From contig NC_043012.1 of assembly GCF_006345805.1 (NCBI RefSeq), positions 54,870,001 through 54,934,000 of the forward strand: a stretch of 64,000 nucleotides of DNA, given 5' to 3'. This document shows, one piece after another, positions 22,703 through 34,578 of the stretch. This stretch comes from Octopus sinensis (taxonomy: Eukaryota). The first letter of the stretch is position 1, and every line of letters begins with the position of its first letter. Under the pieces are notes generated by a model that was not told the DNA's origin, searched no databases, and saw nothing but the letters and a program-made list of their open reading frames with translations. The position numbers and the translations under genes are program-made.

Positions 22703-23513
22703 AGTTGCTGTTGTTGCCTTCTCTTTTATTCTCTTGATTCAACCATTGTGATTTTTACTGTCTTTTGCTTGTGTTCTATACATTAGTCAACTGTTAGATT
22801 TATTTATATATAAAGATGTTAATTTTTATATGCCTTACTGTAACAGAGTATGCATAACAGTCAACATGCCCCCCTCCCCTAAGTAAAGACAATGTATTGC
22901 TTTGAATAAGTAGCATTTAGTCAGCATCAGATTGTGTGTCGGCAGACCTGCGGACAAACATACATGTGTGTTTGTGGGGGGGCAAGGGGGAAGATTTGTT
23001 GAAAATCTATTGGTTGCCAGCTTATTGACCTGGAATATATATTCCTTGGTCAAAAGACAAAGCTGAACAATAAACATATCAATGAAAATTTGGAATATTT
23101 GTCAAGATATTAATACCTCCCCCTGATAAAAAAAAAAAGAAAAAAGATCTCTATAAAAATAATGCAATGATTTACTGATATTTAAATAAACTTTCATGAT
23201 ATTTTAAAATCCTAATATTTAGAAATTGTTAATATAGAAATCAGAATTAAGAGATTATATAAAATCTGTAATCTAACATTGGGTTGAAGAATTCATTTGC
23301 AATATCAATAAAATATAAACACTCATGTTATGAAAGGATATACTGGATACACAGAAATTAATTGAGGTCAACTACTTAAATATTGGTCAAGTGCTTATGT
23401 CCACTGAATTGGTCTGGTCATGTGCCTATGTTAGAAATAGTTATTACGAGGGTAATGGTTGGTGTGGCAATAAATTCACAGAGCAAGGATTTAACAAAAT
23501 AGTCTGCAACCAA

Positions 23514-23961
23514 TACTCTTTTACTTGTTTCAGTCATTTGACTGCAGCCATGCTGGAGCACCGCCTTTAGTCGAGCAAATCGACCTCAGGCTTTATTCTT
23601 TGTAAGCCTAGTACTTATTCTATCGGTCTCTTTTATCGAACCGCTAAGTTACGGGGATGTAAACACACCAGCATCAGTTGTCAAATGATGTTGGGGGGGA
23701 CAAACAGACACACAAACATATACACACACATACATACATGCATATATATATATATGTGCGTGTGTGTGTGTATATATATATATATACATATGCATATATA
23801 CAATGGGCTTCTTTCAGTTTCCGTCTACCAAATCCACTCACAAAGCTTTGGTCAGCCCAAAGCTATAATAGAAGACACTTGCCCAAGGTGCCACGCAGTG
23901 GGACTGAACCCGGAACCATGTGGTTGGTAAGCAAGTTACTTACCACACAGCCACTCCTGCA
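23514..23961 (-). mobile_element. Family A SINE, full length
   Basis: Reverse complement of the consensus. Confidence 0.9.
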
Positions 23962-25090
23962 CCAATAAGTTGTATTTCTTTAGCTTCTGTAACTAAATCC
24001 CACTGCAGTCAGCTTTGCTTGTCATCTTCTTCACAGGTTGATAAAATAAGAGTAGATTTCACTGACTTTATTGCACTTTCAAAGTCTGTGAAAGCCTTCC
24101 CCTACGTGATGGTCATAGCTATTACATGGGAGATAACCATTTCATCATGATATGAAGCAGGATTTGAAATTTGAAATTGAAATTAAGGAATTATAAGGAA
24201 AAAGAAATTAACTAGAATTCACTTATTTTAACTTTTTTCGTTGGCAATTGTAGGACTATTTCATTCTTTTTAGAAATCACTAGCATGACACAACTTGTAA
24301 CTTATTAAACATTTTATGAAGTGCGATATTTCATTTCCAGGGAATTCTACCTTCTGAAAATGTCTTATAGTAGCTTTAGCTTACAAACAACTTCGCAAGC
24401 CATTTTCTAATATATTCTTCGAGGTGTAGACATTTGTTTCAGACTGTTATATTTTTAGTAGTATTCCTTCGCACATGTAGTGAAATGCATATCTATTCAA
24501 AAACACATATGCCTTGACCATCATTAACACTTTAAAATCAATTTTCACTTTTTTTTTTTGTTGTTATTGTTACTATTGAAGGAATTAAAAGAACCAAATT
24601 TTTATTGTGTTTGATGCTATACATAATGAAAATACGTACACATATATACCCAGAAAATAATTGAAAAATATATTTCATTTAAAAAATAAATTGCTTTTAC
24701 CATTTTTAAATAAAATTAGAAGGAATTAAATTTCAATGTATTTCATATTTCTGTTGGAAAGAAGAAAGAAAAAATAGGATAGAATAAAAGAAAGACAAAA
24801 CCTATTGCTTGGAAATAAATTGAAACTACATTTAACTTTAAAAAATAATTTGTTCTTGTCATTTAAAGGAAAAGTGAGCATTAAGTTTTACTTTCTATTT
24901 TTCTATAAATATGTATTTCTGCAAATAACTGTTTCTGAGAATAGTTTCCATTGAATCTGTCTTTTGATATGTTTGTTTTTGGTTGTCTGTTTTTTGGCCT
25001 GTATGCTTTTAGCAGTTGTGGTTTTGATGAATGTGCTGTATCGAAAGGCTTGAGAGGGGATTTAGCAGATGGAAACTAAAAGAAGCCTGT

Positions 25091-25119
<29 letters not shown>

Positions 25120-25121
<2 letters not shown>

Positions 25122-25375
25122 ATGTCCTTGTTTTGACATCATGCAATAGTTGTAATTGAGCCCCACTGTCATACAAGCAGTGTTGTATGTTCCTACTCTT
25201 TCTCGAAAACATGTCCAGCGATGGGGAAATATATTTCCTTACTTGGAAACAAGTAAGAGTTGATGACAGGAAGGGCATCCAGCTGTTGAGAATCTACCTC
25301 AGCATACTCCATCCGACCCATGCGAACATGGAAAAATGGATGTTAAAATGACGAAGATGACAATGGTGATGATGA
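25120..25375 (+). mobile_element. SINE-like family E with RTE-type tail (GACAGGAAGGGCATCC...GATG tail)
   Basis: The tail matches the family R 3' end. Related copies are at 18195-18335 (-), 50065-50260 (-), 52160-52280, 54850-55030 and 61435-61650. Confidence 0.6.
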
Positions 25376-25603
25376 GTAATGGTAACATCAGCTGTAGTTG
25401 AGCTATAAACAATGGCTTCACAATCCACAGCTCAGCATACTTTGTAAGCATTCATACAGACACAGGCACACACAAACACGTGCGTGCACACACACACACA
25501 CACACACAGGGTGGATTCTCCTGTTGTAGATGACTGATAAGGTTTCCACAATTTCTTGCTGAACAACCTGCACAGATGATTTGTTTATTGTGATAAAATG
25601 TTT

Positions 25604-25965
25604 AGGAGTGGCTGTGTGGTAAGTAGCTTGCTTACCAACCACATGGTTCCAGGTTCAGTCCCACTGCGTGGCACCATGGGCAAGTGTCTTCTGACCAAAC
25701 CCTTGTGAGTGAATTTGGTAGACGGAAACTGAAAGAAGCCTGTCGTATATATATATATGTGCGTGCATGTTTGTGTTTGTCCCCCCAACATCGCTTGACA
25801 ACCAATGCTGGTGTGTTTATATCCCTGTAACTTAGCAATTTGGCAAAAGAGGCCGATAGAGTAAGTACTAGGCTTACAAAGAATGAATCCTGGGGTTGAT
25901 TTGTTTGACTAAAGGCAGTGCTCCAGCATGGCCACAGTCACATGATTGAAACAAGTAAAAGAGAG
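25604..25965 (+). mobile_element. Family A SINE
   Basis: Matches the consensus, with small deletions. Confidence 0.9.
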
Positions 25966-26058
25966 TATGCTGTACATTAAGCTCACTCTGTCCATCAAAT
26001 CAACATTGACAGGTGTGCAGTGTACCAGCATGTCTGAAGGAACTCCTGCTCAAAAAGA

Positions 26059-26169
26059 AAATTACATACCATATCTTTCTCATTTTTTCATTGTATATAT
26101 ATATATTATATATATATTTACCATGTGAAGTACAATGAAAAAATATGAGAAAGATATGGTATGTAATTT
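26059..26169. repeat. 37-39-bp inverted repeat pair
   Basis: AAATTACATACCATATCTTTCTCAT...CATTGTA versus its reverse complement at 26131-26169. Confidence 0.9.
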
Positions 26170-26260
26170 ACTAATTTAGTATGAAGCTTTTTTACAGAAA
26201 AAAAATTCCATCAAAAAATGTGGCAGCATATTAAAATACCTTTAAGGTTAAAATTATAAA

Positions 26261-26407
26261 CAACTTATAAATAAGGGCTAAAGAAAATTATTTCTATGCC
26301 AATATGCTGATAACAGACTTTTTAATCGTCGATTTAATTGACGATTAAAATGTCTGTTATCAGCATATTGGCATAGAAATAATTTTCTTTAGCCCTTATT
26401 TATAAGT

Positions 26408-26409
<2 letters not shown>
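26261..26409. repeat. Near-perfect palindrome, 74-bp arms, 1-nt spacer
   Basis: 26261-26334 versus 26336-26409, with 2 mismatches seen. Confidence 0.95.
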
Positions 26410-27075
<666 letters not shown>

Positions 27076-27302
27076 GTGTCCATAAATTAGACATCACTCA
27101 GTATATGCCCAATGGTTGTTATATTATTTTGATAACATAATAGGTTAGATAGGATGATGTCTGTATTGCAATATTACAATCATGAAATTCGCATTAGCTT
27201 TCTCGCAGGACCTCTAGGAATCTTTTGCAGAACCCTTGGGTTCCGGGGAACCCCGCTTGAGAAACGCTGCTCTAACCCATAAGCCATGTCCCTTCACATA
27301 TG

Positions 27303-27333
<31 letters not shown>

Positions 27334-27419
27334 GTGTGTACACAGAAGGATGACCTCAGGACACTGAACCTTTCAGAGACGATGACAAAGGACCAAGATA
27401 TTATTTTTTTAATCATATA

Positions 27420-27644
27420 CTCTTTTATGTTTTGCTTGTTTCAGTCATTACACTGTGGCCATGCTGGAGCACTGCCTTGAAGACTTTTTAGTTGATTGAA
27501 TCAACCCCAGTTCTTAATGTTTCTTTTCTTTTATCTTTTTTTTTAAGCCTCATACTTATTCTATCAGTCTTTTTTGTCAAACTGTTAAGTTATGGGGACA
27601 AAAAAATACACCAACACTGGTTGCCAAGTAGTGGTAGGAGACAA

Positions 27645-27675
<31 letters not shown>

Positions 27676-27845
27676 TATGATCGGCTTCTTTCAGTTTCCG
27701 TCTACCAAATCCACTCACACTGCTTTTGTTGGCCTAAATCCACACACAAGGCTTTTGTTGGCCACTTGCTCAAGGTGCCATGCAGTGGGACTGAACCAGG
27801 GACCATATGGTTGGGAAGCAAGCTTCTTACCACATAGCTATGCTT
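27420..27845 (-). mobile_element. Family A SINE (diverged, internal 30-bp duplication)
   Basis: Reverse complement of the consensus. Confidence 0.8.
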
Positions 27846-27981
27846 GTACCTATATATTATATATTATTTTAGTAGAATCTGCTTTTGTACATAACTGACT
27901 GTGAGGACATTCTCACTATGTACAAAGAAAAAAATACATTAGAATTATTTACTGTTGCTTTCTCCAGATTAACATATATAT

Positions 27982-29301
27982 ATACTAATTGGTGTACCCG
28001 TAATTCCTGGGGATAAATCTGTTCTATTTAAATGCCTTATTACTCTGATATAAAAAAAGCAATTTTGTTATAACTGCCACAGATGTATTTTCCATCGCGG
28101 AAAAGTACATAAAAAACTATCAGCTGGAGGATGGAGAGATTGTCAGAGGTTGGCAAGAGAGGTTGTTGGAGGTTGGTGAGAGAGACTATCAGAGGTTGGT
28201 GAGAGAGATTGTCAGAGGTTGTCGAAAGAGATTGTTGGATGTTGGCGAGAGAGGTTTGTGGAGGTTGGAGAGAGAAGTTGTTGGAGGTTGGCAAGAGAAG
28301 TTGTTGAAGGGAGAGGCATCTTTGTTCCAAAATTTCAGTCTTGCAGGGCTTTGTGATACACAATGTTTTTGGTTTTGCCATTGGGTACATACACGAATAA
28401 ATTTTCCGGATTTCCATAGAGTTGTCTATGAGAAAAAGCAGGATTGGGACACACTTATTAAATACGTTCTGGAATCAAAAATTTATCTACCTTCATCGAA
28501 AAAGTTTAACTAGAAAAACACAGAATTATTGGAGTTATGGGCATTCAAAGTGTAATGAAATTTAATTGAAAACCCTGTATGCATTGCCAGCATTTAGTTA
28601 TTTGGAGATGTTGAAAAACTGTCTATTAATGCAATGTCTGAATTAATTACAGCAATATGTGTATAACTGTTTAGATATTGAAGTAGAATAGATGAAGAAT
28701 AATTGTTTGATTTAGTAAATATCAAATATAATGAATTGGAGACTTACTTGAAATTGCCGTTGTCGCATTAGAGTAGCTTGTGAAGTACAAGTACCCACTC
28801 ATACTCTAACTAGTCGTGGAATCTTAAAGGTTAACTTTATCAAGGCTAATTTATTCAAGGTAATATCTAAATGTAGCATATATATAAGCACAAAAAGTAT
28901 GTGTGTATATAAATGTATGAATGAAGTCTTTAAGATTTAAGATTCAAATCAAGAAAGTGCAATAATGAGGTTTTGCAGTTCGAAACTGAGTAGTGAAATG
29001 CAGATCCGCTGATCGTGAGAATCGAATATTGATCCCTTCGCTAAAAACTGACAATTGTAAGTGCAGGTGCTATGGGTGTTTAAATAAAATATATCAGTTA
29101 TATGTAGTAGATATAAGGATCCCTTCCAGGGGCCCTATTATCGATTTTTCAACAATCTAAGTATGTCATGAGGTTTCCAGACATGAGTTCTACTCACGTC
29201 TCGAGTTTCATCAAAATCGATAAAACAATCTAGGAGGAGTTAGCTAACAATTTCACAAACAAAGACACCCACAAACAGAATTTCCCACATATGTAGTAGA
29301 T
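27982..29301 (+). mobile_element. Non-autonomous Helitron/DINE-like element or fragments with an internal 23-bp minisatellite (28133-28315, about 8 units)
   Basis: Start ATACTAATTGGTGTACCCGTAATTCCTGGG, units like TGAGAGAGATTGTCAGAGGTTGG, and end GTTTCATCAAAATCG...CAAAC...TATGTAGTAGAT. Confidence 0.45.
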
Positions 29302-30649
29302 AGGCTTCTATTAAGGGGGGAGGGTGTATATGAGTGTAGGGAAAGGCATGTGGCCTAGAGGTTAGGGGTTGCGCTTGTTATAAGATTGTGGTGTAGTCTA
29401 GGTGCATGTGTAGCTGTGTGGCAAGAAGATTGCTTCTCAGCCACATAGTTTTGGGTTCAATCCCACTGCATGGCACCTTGGGCAAGTGTCTGCTACTACA
29501 GCCTCAGGCCAACCAAAGCTTTGTGAGTGGATTTGGTTGATGGAAACTGAATGAAGCCCTTTGTGTGTGTGTGTGTGAGTTGTCCCCCATCGCTTTGTTT
29601 GTCCCCCATCTCGGACGTGGGGGCGGATGGGGTGTATTGTGACCTCAGTCATTTATATGCCATAAAAACCCAGTTAAGGTCTGACATTATGAATTCTAGG
29701 GCTTATGACAGACTCCTAATATGGGTGTAGGGGTAACTAAAGTAGTATCAGTTGCATCAGTAAATTGGACAATTTCAACCAGGAATTGAACCCAGGCTTG
29801 CAACTTGATACTCTGTTGGCCTCTAACTGATACGTCACAACATCCACTGTTATTTTTTATGTTGTCTTGGCTTATCAAACACCTGGTTTTATAAATGCCA
29901 GGTGTTTGATAAACCTAGTTTTGCTATAATAAGCCATGCACGTGTGAATGTTTTGGCTTTTATCTCAGAGAGAGAGAGATCAGTCTTGAACCATCATATT
30001 CCTCTTTTCCTACCACACAACAAATTTATCTAAACTCATGAACTTCACTACATAATTTATGCCAATGCAAGTAACTATTAATTTCCTTAATATCTGTTTT
30101 TTCACCAGGCTTAATATTAATTTAAGATAAAGTGTCAAGCTGGCAGAAGTATTAGCATGCTGGGCAAGATGCCTTATGACATTTCATCCCGTGTTTATGT
30201 TCTAAGGTCGATTTTGGTTTCATCCTTTTGGGGTCAATAAAATAGGTACCATTTCAGCACTGGGGTCAATGTAATCAACTTACACCCCTCAAAATTGCTG
30301 GCCTTGTGCCAAAATTTGAAATCAATATTAAGATTTATTCTGTCATTGGGAAGAGAGAGAGGGAGAGGAATTAAAAGGAACAGTAGACAAGTCTTTTCTT
30401 TGGATGAAAGCATCTTATTTGACAAGTGTGGCCGTTGTCAGTACCGCCTGACTGGCCCTCATATCGGTGGCACGTAAAAGCACCCACTACACTCTCGGTG
30501 TGGTTGGCGTTAGGAAGGGCATCCAGCTGTAGAAACTCTGCCAGATCAGATTGGAGTCTGGTGCAGCCATCTGGTTCGCCAGACCTCAGTCAAATTGTCC
30601 AACCCATGCTAGCATGGAAAGCGGACGTTAAATGATGATGAAACATTAA

Positions 30650-30870
30650 CCTTTAGCATTTAAATCGGCCATGTCCAGCCCAAATATTCTGGTTGTTTTT
30701 ATGTTCAAACTGACCAGAACCAGCTTCTTACATCTACCTTATAATGTCATTCTAATAAATAAACAATCACCTCATTGACATCTTGAAGTGGTGAGATAAT
30801 GCTTGATTAATTCAAAACAATGTGAATAAATAAGTATTACGTTTGACAGAGTAATCTGAATGCTGAAGGG
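30650..30870. mobile_element. piggyBac-type MITE (TTAA TSD)
   Basis: TTAA-CCTTTAGCATT ... AATGCTGAAGGG-TTAA. The same family occurs at 39197-39413 and 55097-55324. Confidence 0.8.
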
Positions 30871-31254
30871 TTAATATTAATTTAAGATTTGCTTTGCTGT
30901 CTTTGTGTTGAGAGAGGTGGGCTAAGAAGAACAATAGATGTGTCTTTTTCTTAAACGAAAATATTTTGACAACATTAAAGGGGATAACTGGGTCACAACT
31001 GACTACAAGGAAACAGCACAGCAAAGTATAGTCACTCTTCAAATATAGCATTCGAAAGGCAAATATCTTAATCGTGTGTGTACACGAGATCAAGTATCAG
31101 AAAGCTTACTGTGTCTGAGACAGAAAAATATAAAGTGTGAGAGATGTTTTTCATTTTCAAGTTGAGCATAACATGCAGGAGGAAGGCAAGCTCTGAAATG
31201 ATGACATGAAAATGTTTCATATTTACATTGTGGAAAGGGCTCAGGAGAGAAACT

Positions 31255-31351
31255 GGTGAGTAGCTACTGATTGGTCAGTTTCAGCCAATGAAAATAATGA
31301 GTCAGACTGTTTGGTTAATTTTGGTGTGGATTTTTATACATTTTGGCCAAT
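31255..31351 (+). promoter_or_regulatory. Possible 5'-exon splice donor with clustered CCAAT boxes and an AP-1 site
   Basis: CTG|GTGAGT at 31255/56, ATTGG 31270-74, CCAAT 31285-89 and 31347-51, TGAGTCA 31298-304. This is unique sequence about 3 kb upstream of the 34439 acceptor. Motif-only evidence. Confidence 0.25.
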
Positions 31352-31869
31352 CAGAATATATTTTAGCAATTTTTGGCAGTTCTCTGTCATAGCTGTAACT
31401 TATAGTCAATTGAATCATAGCTGATAAGTACACTGGCTGGACAAAACCATATTAACAGCTCGCCTTTATTTTCTGGTAGTTATAGTATGTATGTGATGCA
31501 GAGACAAATGGGAGCAAGAATGGAAGTCTAGTGGTTGTAGAATATGCTTACGCATGTTATGTGGCAAGTGAAGCCTTTAATATGTAAATTTAGATTACAA
31601 GTGTCCTATTTATTACATTGGAATGTTGAATATGTTTCACTGTTATTCATTCCCTGTTGTAATTAAATTACAATACTTGCTTACCTAATGTATTCATTAT
31701 CATTCCACTTATACTATCTTGCCAACGGATTCCTTATTTTGCCAGTGTAAATAAATATTGTCATCGACTATGTATAATAATAATAATAATAATAATGATA
31801 ATAAATAAATAAATAAATAATTAATAACTGTTGAAAAGAGATATTTTTCTTTCTGATGCAATTTCATTT

Positions 31870-33905
31870 AACTCAAGACTTCGTTTACAGACACTCTATA
31901 TTATCTGACCCACATCTACTTTTACATCACACTGCATGTTATGCAAGCCATATCTACATTTTGCAATACATACACTATATGTTATTGTACCCATTTCTAA
32001 TTCACAATCACAATCTTCACTTACAGAATATGTCATCTCACCCATCTGTACATTTACACACGTTACCTAACACATGTCTTATTTAAACATACACATACTC
32101 TATATTTTATGTAACTCATGTCTAAATTTGCATAAACACACTCACTACATACTCTAACCTACATGTAGGTTTACACACGCTGTACTATCCAATCCATGTC
32201 TACTTTCACACTTATTTGGTTGTCTTAGTAATGTCTGTATTTATTTCCACTTTATTCCATCAAACCTATGCTAATATGTACATACAGTACTCATCATCAT
32301 CATCATCGCCGCTTAATGTCCGTTCCCCATGCTAGCATGGGTTGGATGGTTTAACCGGGATCTGGGAAGCCAGAAGGCTGCACCAGGCTCCAGTCTGATC
32401 TGGCAGTGTTTCTACAGCTGGATGCCCCTCCTAACGCCAACCACTCCGTGAGTGTAGAGGGTGCTTTTTATGTGCCAGGGGAGGCTGGCAACGGCCACGA
32501 TCGGATTGGTGCTTTTTACATACCACTGGCAATAAGCCAGTCAAGGCGGCGCTGGCATCGGCCACGTCTGGATGGTGCTTTTTTACGTGCCACCAGCACT
32601 ATATATATAACCCATGCTTTACATATACACACTATATGTTATCTTACCATATATATATACATATACATATTCCAACTTCATCCTGAGCAAAGCCACAACA
32701 TCCAGAGAGGCTGGACTTACTGTAATAACTTCACTGGACTGGTCACTGGTTTCATACTTGTGACTTCTTGCTTATATCACCTGCAAGTTATGATTATTAC
32801 ATAACTCTTTGCTTCCTGAAACAGCTGTCGCTACAAGATGTTACATAATTTCTTTATATTATATTCTTCTTTATTCTGCATTTTTGTGCTCCATGTAAAT
32901 ATATATATATATATATCAAACCTAATTTGTGTTTATATACCTTACTACCCCTTAATATATGTGTGTGGCCAATTCAAATTAAAGAACAATATTAACAATA
33001 ACAAGCAATGAAGATGTGCACAAAGAATGTATTAGTTTGAAACTTGGTAAAAAGAGACAGTTTTTGATGTTTCGAGTATAGCTCTTTGTCAGAGAGGAGA
33101 AAGTAAAAAGTTTGAAGAAAGAAAAGAAATCACCAATAGCACATCTGAAGTTACACGCACACACACACACACACATACACACACACACACATCTACATTA
33201 AATGTTATGTAACCCATGTCAACATACACTATATTTTATTTAACCTATGTTTATAATTATATACAGCATATTATCTAACCCATGTCTACATTCATGTAAA
33301 TTACGTGTGTTGTTTAGTACATTCCTACGTTTAGACACACTGTGTGGTGTCTAACCCATGTGTATATTTTTGTACAGTCATCTGACATGCATCTAAATTT
33401 GCATATCTATCCCATGTCTGTATTTACATTATATTTTATTTAAACCAGAACTGTATTTGCATACACTACAACCATCTAACATATACCTATGTTTACATAC
33501 ACTACAGTCATCTAAGTCTACACTTATATTCACCACGTGTTATCTCACAAATCTACATTCGTAGCCAGTATATTTTATCTAACCCAATCCATCTGGTTTA
33601 TCATCACTGCCTGGCTCTTGGTTGCTTTTGGTAGCATCTGTGCTGTTGTCAGCATTCATCTTTGGTTTCTAGTCTCTAGACTTCTTTCCATCATTCACAG
33701 AAGCCCTAAAAAGAGTATTGCCACTGCTTTCGTTCCACTAATCAAGCTATTAAAAAGTAATATATTGTGTACATTTACATACTCTAATTCAATCTTATAT
33801 TTACATAAATCATATATTGCCTTACCCATATTTACATTTACACACATTATATGTGGCTCAACACACACCTGTATTTACATACACTCTGTTATCTTTCTCA
33901 CGTCT
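31870..33905 (+). repeat. Cryptic degenerate minisatellite (about 30-37-bp unit, TCTAACCCATGTCTACATTTACA-like), interrupted by insertions
   Basis: The motif recurs at for example 32040, 32155, 32195, 33210, 33276, 33350, 33408 and 33578. Confidence 0.65.
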
Positions 33906-33917
33906 ACATTTAAATTG

Positions 33918-34320
33918 ACTCTTTTACTCTTTTACTTGTTTCAGTCATTTTGACTGCGGCCATGCTGGAGCACCATCTTTAGTCAAGTAAATCGACCCCA
34001 GGACTTATTCTTTGTAAGCCTAGTACTTATTCCATCGGTCTCTTTTGCCGAACTGCTAAGTTACGGGGATGTAAACACACCAGCATTGGTTGTCAAGCGA
34101 TGTTGGGGGGGACAAACACAGACACGCAAACATATACACACACATACACATATATACAACGGGCTTCTTTCAGTTTCTGTCTACCAAATCCACTCACAAG
34201 GCTTTGGTTGGCCCGAGGCTATAGTAGAATACACTTGCCCAAGGTGCCATGCAATGAGACTGAATCTGGAACCATGTGGTTCATAAGCAATCTACTTACC
34301 ACACAGCCACTCCTATGCCT
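33918..34320 (-). mobile_element. Family A SINE, about 120 bp upstream of the splice acceptor
   Basis: Reverse complement of the consensus. Confidence 0.9.
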
Positions 34321-34578
34321 ATGTAAATACTATGACTATGTAAATATGTATTCTTTGTTTTAAATAATTATACCTTCACAATAAATCTAATTTCTTCATA
34401 ATTATGAGAATCATGTTTCTTTTTTTTTTTTCCATCAGATTCAAGGCTGTTTTATGTAACCAATTACCAAGAAAAAGAAGATCAACATGGATTTTATTTC
34501 TTCTAACTGCTGATAAAACTATAGAATACTGCTGCAACTTGAATTCTATCACAGAATTACCTGGTCATTGCTGTAGTT

